NCBI GenBank assembly: GCA_000091205.1
Contig: AP006495.2
Origin: Cyanidioschyzon merolae
Lineage: Eukaryota
Reading direction: 5' to 3' (one strand)
Length of the DNA stretch: 64,000 nt
Position 1 is the stretch's first letter; each line of letters begins with the position of its first letter. Positions 46,144 to 57,502 of this stretch are shown here, piece after piece. The translations under genes and the position numbers were made by a program. The notes below the pieces were generated by a model. The model did no database searches. It saw only the letters and a program-made list of their open reading frames with translations, and was not told where the DNA came from.

Positions 46144-48651
46144 GTAAATCGGAGCGCATGTCTCCTTTTTTCTCCCGTGGATGCGATTTGGGTGCAGGGT
46201 AAGTTACATCTATACGCGTGATAGTTGCGAAGAGGTAATCTTCATGTGGCAGGCAGCTCCTCATAGACAACCACCTTTGGCGAGCGGCAAACCAAGCTAG
46301 AATTGCACATGATGCATTCAGTCAAGCTGCCTGGAGCAGAGCACCTCGTGGTGTCAGCCAAACGCACAGGACGGTTGGTGATTGTCCCATCGGCAATCAC
46401 AGCGGTGCATGCTTGACTTGTGCGTTGCTCGTGTGCGCTTGGTCGCTCGCCGACATGCTGCATCCTGCACTCCTCAATGTAATCCGAAAGCGAAAAAGTA
46501 AGGCCTGTGAAAGTCATGTGTTTTTCCACAAAACGTTCCATGAACTGCTCTAGCAGCTGTTCGAACGCGGAAGGTTCAAAAGTCTCGGGTCCGTTGGAGG
46601 CGAGACGAACGCACGCCCTTGTTTCCAACTCCGCAACTGGTCGCCTTCTCATTGCCCCTTTTTCATGCACGGCAAACGCACCAGACGCGGTTTTGGCTCT
46701 GGTGCGGTTCTCAGGGAATCTCCGCAAGTAATAAACCGCAATACCACGGTGCGCGATGGTTGTGGAAACACCTGCACGGCCCGGAGTCCCCAATTCCAGG
46801 AGCCCAGCTTCGCACACACTGCTGACGGATGGGAGCACGTCACCGCGGTCGGTGTTGAGGTTGCACCGCTGTCTCGCTCTGGCGATTTACAGCGGAAAGA
46901 AGCGACCTTGCCACGGATACACTGGGCCGGGCCGCTGCGAGCCGGGCATCTGTCTCTAGCGTAACTACGGGCATTGTCGCCTAGGCGCTACAGGTGAGCA
47001 ATGACCGGCGAAAACAACGATACGACATGCCTGTGTAGTTTTCGCAACCCGAATAACATCATTCGCGAAATGCTCGGGGGAATGTACCTGTTCAAAGAGA
47101 CGAGCGCAACCGTTTCACCTCAATGTGCATGCTCCCTCCGAATCGTTTCGCTGTGCAGGCACCCCATCCTCGCACAGGGACCTGACGCTATCGCATGCAT
47201 AGCCAGAGCATCGCAAGAGCGAACTTGTATGTATGCGGGAAAATCTGGCTTGTGGCCGATGTCCTCTGAACTGATGGTGCGGCATGATGAACCCTTGCCC
47301 GGATGCCGATAACAATTGCGCAATCAGGAATCCATCTGTTCGAGTCATGGATGCTACACCCTCACGCAAGGATTGCACGGATGGCGATACCGCGTGGCAA
47401 TACCGCATGGATAGTGGAATTAGAAGGTGCGTACGTGGCACGATCGCTGCTTTTCCAACCTGTGCAATTCGAAAGGAGCAATCCGTGATCATCGTCACCA
47501 AACAGCATGCAAGAAGAAGTATGGGTTACGGAACTTGGAAATAGAACCTGGGGCATGCTGCATGCTTCGCTGCGCGCCGAAATCAAGCGCCCAGTCAGGT
47601 ACACTGGCCTTTGGGTCAACGTTTCACCAAATAGGAAAAAGTGCAACAAAGCACCCGTGCGTTCCTGCAAGGGATCGCGCAGCACCCGCACTGCAGCGCA
47701 GCGATCCCCCCCGCCGGCGTCATCACCGTCGCTGCGGCATGCGCGCCGCCTCGACGCGGACGCGACGGTGATGCACATGACACATCGAGAGTGGAGCGCT
47801 GCGAAAGTTGCAACACATATCACAACCTCGGGAGCGCTCTTGAACACTGTTACCGCTGCCTTTGAAGTATGTTTGTCACGTCTTTCTTCGGATGCACTAG
47901 CAGTTTACTGGTCGACGGCGGGAAAAGTGCTTGTGCCCAATGCCCGTCGAGCCTGCAAACGCTTCGAATGTCGAAGCACCCGATCCCGAAGGCAACGAAA
48001 AAGCACGTGAAACGGCGGCCGCGAAAGTCCAGCCCAAGTGACAGAAACCGGACGCCTCCAAAGTACGCACTATATGACGTAGTGCCGCCTGAAGAGTATA
48101 CGATAGTTGCGGGTGGAGGGAGCATCCCACCAGAGTTCTTAGCGAAAATCGGTTCACGCAGCAAACGGCGACAAGAGTCTCGAAGCGAGAGGGACAGAAG
48201 CGCTGACGACGCTGATGACGAGACAATGGCGACCGCAACTGAACTGCTTCGTGCGGATGTTGACTAGTTGAAACGCCACGACGTCGAGTGTAGTCGGACG
48301 GTTTCTGCGTATCGAAAGACTTGTCGAGGTCGTAACCAGCTCGGTGTTACACGAAACAAGGCGGTATACATGCAGACTGACCTGTTTACAAGGAAAGCGA
48401 CACTGCAATGGTGAACGTGATGATTCCCTACAAGATGTTGCGTTCAGTCATGGTGCCTTACGGTGTGCGCTGTTCCCGCGCCTGTAGTGCCATGGGGGTA
48501 AACATAGCTTTTGCGCAGAAAGATTCGCGTCATTATGCCAGGAACACCAGCAGTGCTTTCGTTTTGCGAGTAAAACCACGCCGATGAGCCCGTGTCTATG
48601 TAAAACTAGGATACGCACGGTCTACAACGTGTATCACGACGCATAGCGCCG

Positions 48652-50655
48652 GTGCGGATGCCGCTCACGAAACGCTCTGCCAGGAAGTGGAATTACGGGC
48701 ACGTATCTGTAGCGAAAGAGCAGTCTCTGACATTAAACAAGCCAGGTTCTATTCGACATCGTACGTTTGATAAGCTAAGCGAGTTTCATCTGGGATGGTT
48801 ATCGAGGAGCTCACGGCAAACAAAGCAGAATGCCGCCCGACACCAGCCCGACGCCGCTGCGAAGCGAGATCGCGCCTGCGCAGCGGCGGACGTGGTCGCG
48901 TCGCCAAAACACATTGCGCGCCTCTGGCTGGTGGCTTGCAGAGCGCTCGTACCAGGGGAGGCGGGCAGTCACCCAATGGAGGAGTATCGGTTGCCAGACG
49001 TCAGTTTAGTTGTAGAGAGCATTCATTCTAATGAGAAAAAAACGCACGAAGTGGAACTCTATGCAAACTGGAAAGCTAGCACGGAGCCACCGAACGTGGG
49101 GCGCGTGCTGGTCGTGCCGTCAGCACGCTGCCCGTACCGCCTCTTCGATCCGAACATGTACCACACGGCGGTTTGTGCTACTCGTATCACGTTCGCCGAC
49201 GGGGTCAACGGAAAACTGTACTATCGTGGCTACGATGTCGAAGATCTGGTACGCCGAACAGCTGATCCACGCAAGCCTACCGCCACGTTCGAAGAAGTGG
49301 CTTTCCTGCTTATCAACGGCGAACTTCCGGACAGAGACGCGCTCTCGACATGGAAAGAGCTGCTTCTGTCTCACACGTTCCTTCACGAGGATATCCTAGC
49401 ACAGCTTCGAACGTTACGACACGATGCACCGCCCATGGGATGCCTCATCGCAGCGGTGAGCGCCCTGAGCACCTTCCACCCGGAAGCGAATCCCGCCCTC
49501 CGTGGTAGCCAGCTCTATCGCAACGATGAGAAAGCACGGAACAAACAAGTCTACCGCCTTCTGGGGAAAGTAGCAACGATCGCTGCGTGCGTCTGGCGTG
49601 TGCGAATCGGGCGCCAATTCATCCCGCCGCTTTCTGGCGAGCAGGTACGCCCCCGGGAGCGCACGGCCGCTCGAGCTCCAACGGATCGGCAACAAGAGCA
49701 GGAGCCCGGCGATGCCCCCATTGGCTACGTCTCTAACTTTTTAACCATGCTCGACGGATGCCAGCCGAATCCGGTCCTCGTAAATATCGTCGAACGAGCC
49801 TGGATCGTGCTCGCCGACGACGGCCTGAACTGTGCCGCTGGGGTGCTTCGCCACGTGGCGAGCTCTGGCGCGGATCCATACGTATGTGTAGCAACTGCCA
49901 TGGCAGCGATCTACGGACAGCGCATCAGCGGTGTCGGAATGGCGGTGATGCGGATGCTTACGGACATGCACGCGTACCTCAGGAGCACGGGTATGTTGGA
50001 TGAGACCCACGAGAAGCAGCTGTCCTGTCTGAATTCGTATTTGCAGGAGCGTTACATTCTCACAAAGCGACGGCTTCAGGGATTTGGGCACGTGAATTAT
50101 AAGAAATACGATCCTCGAGCGCGGGTATTACGCGAGCTGTGTCTCGAGGCAGAGGCTGCTGTCCAGGAGCCGGAGCCTTTGCTGCAAACAGCGCTTCTTC
50201 TAGAAGAGGTGGTCACGAATAACATCTGGTTCACTTCGCGAGGCGTTTGGCCGAACGTCGATCTATATTTGCCATTGCTTCTTCGTATTCTTGGTCTCCC
50301 GCTTGAATTCTACGCGGTTTTCGTAGCAGTACCACGGACGGCTGGCTGGATCGCTCACTGGCTTGAGCAACTTGACGATGCCGACGTACGCATCTATCGA
50401 CCGCGGCAGCTTTACTCGGGCCCGCCGCTGCGCCCCTACGTACCGATGGAGGATCGAGTCGAGGATGTGCTTTCGTCTTTCGCAGAGGACGGGCAGGATG
50501 CAGGCTCCGACCAAGATGATACCGCGCATGTGCTCCGGGATGGAAACGCACGACGGTATGGAGCAAACCGTCAATGCATGCTCAGAGGCCAGAATGTGCT
50601 CAATCGTATGGTTCGTTCTGTTTCCATCTACCGCAGAAGAAGCTATATTGAATGA
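48652..50655 (+). CDS. Citrate-synthase-family protein with long N- and C-terminal extensions, probably lacking two catalytic histidines
   Basis: Colinear with bacterial GltA-type citrate synthase (KLYYRGYDVEDL, GFGHVNYKKYDPRARVLRE, WPNVDLYLPLLLRILGLPLEFYAVFVAVPRTAGWIAHW). Where GltA has HADHEQNAS this protein has ADDGLNCAA. Where GltA has GPAHGGANE this protein has GQRISGVGM. So the equivalents of pig His238 and His274 are absent, while the His320, DPR and Asp375 equivalents are kept. Confidence 0.8.
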   Translation: MRMPLTKRSARKWNYGHVSVAKEQSLTLNKPGSIRHRTFDKLSEFHLGWLSRSSRQTKQNAARHQPDAAAKRDRACAAADVVASPKHIARLWLVACRALVPGEAGSHPMEEYRLPDVSLVVESIHSNEKKTHEVELYANWKASTEPPNVGRVLVVPSARCPYRLFDPNMYHTAVCATRITFADGVNGKLYYRGYDVEDLVRRTADPRKPTATFEEVAFLLINGELPDRDALSTWKELLLSHTFLHEDILAQLRTLRHDAPPMGCLIAAVSALSTFHPEANPALRGSQLYRNDEKARNKQVYRLLGKVATIAACVWRVRIGRQFIPPLSGEQVRPRERTAARAPTDRQQEQEPGDAPIGYVSNFLTMLDGCQPNPVLVNIVERAWIVLADDGLNCAAGVLRHVASSGADPYVCVATAMAAIYGQRISGVGMAVMRMLTDMHAYLRSTGMLDETHEKQLSCLNSYLQERYILTKRRLQGFGHVNYKKYDPRARVLRELCLEAEAAVQEPEPLLQTALLLEEVVTNNIWFTSRGVWPNVDLYLPLLLRILGLPLEFYAVFVAVPRTAGWIAHWLEQLDDADVRIYRPRQLYSGPPLRPYVPMEDRVEDVLSSFAEDGQDAGSDQDDTAHVLRDGNARRYGANRQCMLRGQNVLNRMVRSVSIYRRRSYIE

Positions 50656-51448
50656 ACAATTAGCTAGGCGCACGCACGGATGGTTCACAGCGAGCATGCA
50701 ACCCTGTATGGTTGTGGGCCTGATCGCAGCTCGACTGCCGTAGACGTGGAAATCGGTGCTCGGGGGAACGCCTCGGATTGAGTCCCGGCGAACTTGGCTG
50801 CTCCTGGGCAGCGTCAAGGCCTCGAGTTCCGACACCTGTTGCGTATCGATGTGCAGAGCTGCGCGTACGGAGCGCGAGACTCTTCATAAAAGCGCTCGAC
50901 GCATGCGAGTAGGGGCATGTGCGATCGTGCTTGCAGGCGTTGGAAGTATGCATGAAAGCTCCCTGGGAAGCGGATTAGTGAGACTGTCCACCGCATCGGG
51001 GAATGCAGATCTTCGAACCGAATCCAGATTTGCGTCTTCTGTGCTATGATGAAAGCTGGAGGTAGTGTTTCAGAGGCATTGCGTTTTGCCGAGGTACACG
51101 CGGGCTTCCATCTGCACCCTGCTGCCGTGCTGGTGGGAACTGAGGTACCGCACTCGGAAGTCGATGCAGCATCGTCTGGGGCTGGTGTGAATATGCGGCC
51201 TGGGTGCCAGTGCATCAACCTTCTGATGCATAACATGGTTGGCAGCGGAGGTTGCACCGGATTCATTGCTGGACACTGGCGTTTGACATACGCATGTTCG
51301 GGAATTTGGCGCAGGCGCGCATCGATGCAGGTATCAGTCCAATGTACTTGATATACGCATGTTCGGGTATTTGGCACGAGCGTGCACCGATCCGGGTACC
51401 GTTCCGATACGCGTTAACCGAATGCGGCGTTGGGGCGAGCCAAGCGCC

Positions 51449-51773
51449 TGCACTGGAGATGCCTATCAGTTGGCGATGCGGTCGCAAAAGAGCGACGCAG
51501 CTTAAACAATGTGCACTGGAGATGCCTATCAGTAGGCGATGCGGTCGCAAAAGAGCGACGCAGCTTAAACAATGTGCACTGGAGATGCCTATCAGTTGGC
51601 GATGCGGTCGCAAAAGAGCGACGCAGCTTAAACAATGTGCACTGGAGATGCCTATCAGTTGGCGATGCGGTCGCAAAAGAGCGACGCAGCTTAAACAATG
51701 TGCACTGGAGATGCCTATCAGTAGGCGATGCGGTCGCAAAAGAGTGACGCAGCTTAAACAATGTGCATTGGGG
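51449..51773. repeat. 63-bp minisatellite, about 5 units
   Basis: The unit tgcactggagatgcctatcagt(t/a)ggcgatgcggtcgcaaaagagcgacgcagcttaaacaatg is repeated. The period of 63 (21 codons) produces the phantom ORFs 51430-51747(+), 51414-51761(-) and 51263-51823(-). Confidence 0.9.
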
Positions 51774-52739
51774 ACAGCTGCTGATGCGAATTCGTTCTGG
51801 AGCTCGCGATGCCGAGTGCTCATGGGTACAGAATCTCGGGTCTTGTCCTATGACTGCTCATCGCCGTACAAATGCTTCTGATCCCGGATCATTTACCATG
51901 CGCATGACGATCGTCAAGGCCGGTAGTTTGAGTGCTCCAAAGCTCCGCGGAGCACATGGACATCTTCCCCAGAGCGCTAACGCATGTGGCACGCGGCCTG
52001 AGTCTGTTCGTGTTGTTGACATCGATCACAGCTGTTTTGCTCGGAGCATGCTCGTTCACGCTAGGTTTGCGAATGCATCGAGTCGGGAAAGGCGACGACT
52101 GGTGCAAATTGCTTGGCGTGCTCCCTGCTTGCCGGATTCTAGCCTACGTCAACGGATGAGCGCGCACGACCCTGAGCCGCTCAGTGAGTATGAAAAGCGA
52201 ATGGCATCCTTTCTAGGTCATTTTCTCGTTCCAAAGGTATATATGGATGCATGCAGAACTTGGGCCAGTTCGTCTCGTGAAATGTACCATCGACTTGGCG
52301 CTCCTGTTCTGAGCCGGTCGCCCGATGCGATCACGAAAGCATTTGCGTTTTGGCCCTGCAAATGATGGTGCACTCGTTCGATAGGCAGCGGTCTGAAGCA
52401 AGTGCCTGTCCGTGCGCACAGGCTGACACAGACCCGGTTCATATACGTAAGCCGTCCCGAGCGCCCAACCCGGTCTCACAACGGCGGAGGCGTGTAGCGT
52501 CGAGCAGTCACTGCGGTTTAAAAGCTGTGCGTTCAAGTCAGAGGCGTCTTCGAGCACCAGGGCAGAGGGCGCGCTGGAGAGGCACTTAGCAGTTGTGATC
52601 GATGTATCGTGAGCGTATGACAAGGAAGCCAAAGCCTTCCTGCGGAAAACCCAAGAAGGATATTTTCCTATGATCACCAGCACTCATACAGTGGAGACAA
52701 CTCGCTCCAAAATACTTTTCAGAGGTGTTACACCAGTGA

Positions 52740-53970
52740 CAGACTAGAGCTGAACATTGGACTGCTCGATCTGTTCCTGTCTTTGTATGTTTCCGAATTT
52801 TCTATTGACCTACGGCCATGAGATTCGAGGCGCAGCAATAAGAGCTCACGGATCCGTAGGATGATTTTGGATTTTGGGACGTGCTTTCGGAGCGGCTCCG
52901 ATGACTCTGCTGCTGGAATTAGAAGCTTCAACGGAATCAAAATGATTCGCCACGCCCTCAAAGAAGAGTTCTAAAAATACTCGATACCATCATTCTTTTC
53001 AAATGTAAAAGCTTCCAAGCTTCTCCTTTCCTTACGTGTGGTATGCTCAAATCACGCATACTTCAAGCTGGCGATCTTTCTGTTTCATGCAAACACGTTG
53101 GCGCAGCAGTTGCGCAAATGTATCGACGATAAATGAATCGATACATCATCCCTTGACGAATTCTCCACGAGGTCACGCCAAAAATCCTCCGAACTTGCCA
53201 CGCCATATCTATCAGAAGATATACTTCCGCAGGCCTCCGTCTCATCTGTTTGCATGGAAAAGGGCACTGAACACAGACTTCAGTCATCGCGGCGATCGGT
53301 TTCAGCGGGGACTGCGTCACCGCTTCGTACGAAGGTCGCGGGGTCGGATCGCAAACTCTCGACAGCTTCTCCAGCCTTGATCTAGCCTCTGGTATTTCTC
53401 TCAATATGAAGAACACCACGTTCCAGGAAGCCTCTATTCGACAGAGCAACTTGCTGTTCCATATGCAGCAGACAGGTTACTCGCCGAGCGGGATTCCCCA
53501 CATGAGGTACTTGATCGCAGGGTACGGCACCGGGAACGGAAACGGAGGATGGCATCGAGTTGCACCATCTGTACCCATAAAGTGCCTGTACCGCGCGATG
53601 GAGCGAGCCTTTGCGTGCCGAAGAGCGGCGCTCGGAGGAAGTGTTTTGGCAGACGTAGAGGAACCCCTGACCACATTCATGAATCACCGATGAGAACGTC
53701 GCACTCAATGGTGTGTACAGTCAAGATGAACATGGCAAGCGAAGTGTAGATCACAACCGACCTCTTTGAAAAAAAATCCGTTGACAACGGGATGAAGCCG
53801 CGAAATCGACTCTGTAACGATGATATCAACATCTCTCAGCTGCTGTTATAGGAGCTGTATGTCAAGTAGAAACAGGTGTATTGAGGGCCGGAGATCAGAG
53901 AGAGGCAGAGAAAGCAGTCGCAGAAAAATCCGCCAAAGTCTGGTGTTGATATCAGTGCAAAAAACCCGTT
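52740..53970 (+). repeat. Dispersed repeat family R1, copy d
   Basis: Carries the R1 blocks: aatgattcgccacgccctc, atgctcaaatcacgcatacttcaag, gatatcaacatctctcagctgctg, gagagaggcagagaaagcag and tctggtgttgatatcagtgc. Confidence 0.6.
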
Positions 53971-54143
53971 CTTGAGTTTATACGCACGAGCTAAGCACGA
54001 GGACCAGTTTCCCTGTATGCGGACATGGATCTGTAAAAGCGCGCGCCTATACGCACACCTGTTCGAAAACATAGGATTTGTAAACGACTAGCAGTCGATG
54101 ACACAAGCAAGCCTTGAAGCTTCTGCTACAGTCGCAATAAACC

Positions 54144-56396
54144 ATGATGATGATTGCGAAGAGATATACGGCGAGCGTTTCGCCCCGCAGAAACATCCGT
54201 CCGACGCGTACAGCGCATTCAGCACACCGCACCGCGAAATTCGCCGCGCCAAGCCAAACCTTTGGCACGCGCGCGGAGCCACGCACGGCAGGAGATCTTG
54301 CAACGTCGAAACCGGTAGGACACGTGTCCAGCACCGTGGCGCCTGCGATGCGATCAGCCCATGCATGCCTCGTCTGGCAGGTGCCGCCGCGCTGCACCCC
54401 CAACGGATCACATGACGCGCGAGCACGTGCATCCATGCTGCACGAACGACGCAATGCATGCGTGCGCGCATGCATGCATTTCCACACACTCGAGATCAGC
54501 GCAATGCGATACGTCGATTGCTCTTCGACAGCGGCATCCGACTGTAGTTCTGGCTTCCGTACGTTCCTTCTGAGCGTCTTGCCTGACTACCTGTCCCACA
54601 GGGCGATGACCTCCTGGCTTTCTCTAGGGCGCTGGCGAGCGTCGACGGTGTCCTTCGTGAGCTCGGAGAGTCCGCCAAAGAGCCTGTCGTCGCACTGTCA
54701 AGATGTGACGAGGTATGCGGACGCTGAGCTCGTAGTGCATCAGCGTGTCGCGGATTCACCTGCCGTCGTGTGCGCACCGGACGGCAAGACTGACGGTGCA
54801 GACAGGGACTTGCTGACGTCCACAAAGACGCAGCGAGCGTTGTCTAGAACTAAGCTCAAGAGGGGCTGGGGAAAGCTGGCATCAGAGCAGGGTGACGCGC
54901 GTTCTCCGGACTCGTGTTTCCGGGATGTTGCGCGTACGCCGGACCTGCGCTGCACGGACGAGTCGATAACGTCGTTGCTGACACCGAGCCTGTGTACCTC
55001 AGAAGCTGACACGAGCGTTGCTGGTGGGCACGACTCCAGCCCCACTGACCGGACGGAGCAGACAGAGGATATCCGTGGCCTTCTGGAACGCTACTTGCAA
55101 GCCGAAGAACGCTACGGTTACACGTGGACGTTGCCGACGAACGAATGCTTCCGTTGGTGGTCTGCCGCCAGATGCAACGGGCGCCTTGCCAACGCCGAGG
55201 TTGACTCTGGAGAGAGACGTGCCGCCTTCACTCGGATTGCATGGCAGTTGCGGCTGCGACAAGTCGAAGCCATCTACCGGCTTGCACCATGTATGGATAC
55301 AGCGCTGGCGGCAGTTATGTTTTTCGATAGAGGAATGGTGCGGTTTGTTCAAATCTACACAGATGCGGAGCTGTATGGCGATAACGACGCACCAGGTATG
55401 CGTCTTTTGCGTGTGGGGATGCCCTTGGTAGCGCTGACGTCGCTCTGGATTGCGACCAAAATTCATGAACGCGAAGCAGGAAATGTTCAAGCATGGCTTC
55501 GCGAGTGGCCGGTTGACGAACATATGGGATCACCAGGGGTTCTGGGCGCAGATGCCGAGGCATCGATCTCAATGCCATTGATCAAAGCGGTCGAGTTGGT
55601 GCTTCTGGAAGCGCTTGGCTGGGACTTGGTACCCGTCAGCCCGCTGCACTTTGCGATGACTTTCGCGGTGCTCGGCTCGCAGCGGTGCACCGGCGTGTGG
55701 GCGCTAACGAGCAAGCTCTGTTCTCTGAGCATGCTTGAACAATCTATCGCTGGCCGTTATCCGCCTAGCGCGATTGGGCTCAGCTGCTTGCTTTCGGCGC
55801 TGCGGCTTCGAAGGCATCCAATGGCGGTGCAGCGAAACGATGCACGCTACCCGAGCGGGAATCTGGTAGCGGAATGGGCGCGGGGCGTTCTGGAATTCAC
55901 AACGCCGAACGTTGACTTGTTTTCCTCGATGGTTCAGGAGCTGGAAGCTATGCTGCACGAAGTCGTGTATCCAATACCCTCAGCAGGGTTCTCCCGCTCG
56001 CTATCACCATGTTCACTGGAGAACGGTAAGAGGGATTTACGGAGACGCAAAAGGCGCGCTGGTCAGGATCTGGAGCGCAAGTGTCGGAGACTCGCCAAGG
56101 ACCAGTCTAGCCCCTTGACGTCCTTTCATGCCCAAGATACGTGCCTATTCCAGCCACATGGTGCCGAGCAAGAATCTCCAGAGCTGTACAGCAGCTCCAT
56201 GGAGACAGTTTCGGAGGCCGCGTCGCCTCGGAATGTCACGAGGATGTCTCCCGATGCGGGGCGTCCTTGTGCACCCCGCGGGCACGCCAGTGCCTACCAG
56301 GTAGCCATGCAACGCGCGATCTTGGCGGAATCTGGGTGCTGCCTCGAGACATGTACACAGCAGGCGCCGTCTTCACGCCGGCTGCGCTTGCACTAG
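54144..56396 (+). CDS. Cyclin-like protein (cyclin-box fold) with long flanking low-complexity regions
   Basis: The central block MRLLRVGMPLVALTSLWIATKIHEREAGNVQAWLREWPV...LIKAVELVLLEALGWDLVPVSPLHFAMTF fits the cyclin N-domain pattern (L.IA.K.EE...ME..IL..L.W.L..TP..F). The true start is probably downstream of 54144. Confidence 0.55.
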   Translation: MMMIAKRYTASVSPRRNIRPTRTAHSAHRTAKFAAPSQTFGTRAEPRTAGDLATSKPVGHVSSTVAPAMRSAHACLVWQVPPRCTPNGSHDARARASMLHERRNACVRACMHFHTLEISAMRYVDCSSTAASDCSSGFRTFLLSVLPDYLSHRAMTSWLSLGRWRASTVSFVSSESPPKSLSSHCQDVTRYADAELVVHQRVADSPAVVCAPDGKTDGADRDLLTSTKTQRALSRTKLKRGWGKLASEQGDARSPDSCFRDVARTPDLRCTDESITSLLTPSLCTSEADTSVAGGHDSSPTDRTEQTEDIRGLLERYLQAEERYGYTWTLPTNECFRWWSAARCNGRLANAEVDSGERRAAFTRIAWQLRLRQVEAIYRLAPCMDTALAAVMFFDRGMVRFVQIYTDAELYGDNDAPGMRLLRVGMPLVALTSLWIATKIHEREAGNVQAWLREWPVDEHMGSPGVLGADAEASISMPLIKAVELVLLEALGWDLVPVSPLHFAMTFAVLGSQRCTGVWALTSKLCSLSMLEQSIAGRYPPSAIGLSCLLSALRLRRHPMAVQRNDARYPSGNLVAEWARGVLEFTTPNVDLFSSMVQELEAMLHEVVYPIPSAGFSRSLSPCSLENGKRDLRRRKRRAGQDLERKCRRLAKDQSSPLTSFHAQDTCLFQPHGAEQESPELYSSSMETVSEAASPRNVTRMSPDAGRPCAPRGHASAYQVAMQRAILAESGCCLETCTQQAPSSRRLRLH

Positions 56397-56754
56397 CTTT
56401 GGCTTGTCACACAAAGGTGGCCACTAAACCTCGCCAAGCCTGAAAGACTTGTGAATTCTGGAATGCACAAAAACCGTGACGCTTTCTGATTCGCGTTTTA
56501 CGCCGGGGTGCGCTTCGCTACAGCTACGCAGGAACTCGTTTTCATTTTTCAGAACCGCAGCACATTCACAGCAACGTCACCAAATCAAGTTTCGTGCTTC
56601 GGTTGGAAAGGAAACCTACAACGGGCTGCCGCTTTGTGGTTTCCTTGTGTAGATTCTATTGTTCTGTTCGATTGCAGCGAATCGGGGTAATCAGGCCGGG
56701 CAACGCGTACGGCTGCTGCTCCCGTTGAGCCGGTCGAGCGCGGTTTGTATTCCC

Positions 56755-57466
56755 TTAGCCCCATTGCATTCGATAGCTCCGATATGCCTGCTCGAAGACC
56801 ATCGAATCGTTTGCAAGGGTTTGTAGCACCGCCAGAACAAACTCCCGGTGTGCACCTGGTCGACCGCCAGCGGCAGCAAAGATGGTATTCACGTATGTTT
56901 GGTGGTTCTCGGACTGCGCATCTGCGACAAGGGGAACGGGCGCTCCTGCACTTGAGGGCATGCATCCATGACCTGGGCTAAAAACTCCTGCATTTGTACG
57001 CTTCCCACCTGATGTGACTGGCTGTTGTGATGCGCCCAGCGTCGGTGCGACAGGGAACGCTCCAGGGTTCCAGTGTTCCGGCCAACGATGCTGTGCTTCT
57101 GAAACACCGCCCTTGGAGAGCTCGTAGGCAGCATGCAGAGCCTGGCTGGGTTCTGTCCCATCGTTGCGAGATGGGGCGCCCAACTCGCTCCTTAGATCGC
57201 CCGTCGAAACAGCGTGCCCAGCTTGAGGCGCACCGCTCAGTCTCGCTTCGCTCGGTGACCACGCTGTAATCGGGCTCGTCCAGCCAGAATTCCACCCGAT
57301 TTCTGGATTCCGTGCTGTCGTCATGGCGGAGCTGGGCACCGGAGGCAGTGGTGCCGCTGCGTTGAGCGCAGACGGGAACGCGCTCATACCGAGCTGTGGA
57401 TGCGGTAGAGGCCCGAATCCCGGCTGCGCTGGAGTGGAGCCCTGTCTTCCAGCGCTGATCATCGCG

Positions 57467-57502
<36 letters not shown>

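Noticed and set aside
46242-48267. Small ORFs 46242-46838(-) (198 aa) and 47869-48267(+) (132 aa; basic, then acidic tail) between the PLGG1-like and CS-like genes
   Set aside because: These could be genuine small genes, since the 2.5-kb spacer is otherwise empty. No motif could be recognised by eye, and the start codons are ambiguous. They are left unannotated pending expression and homology evidence.
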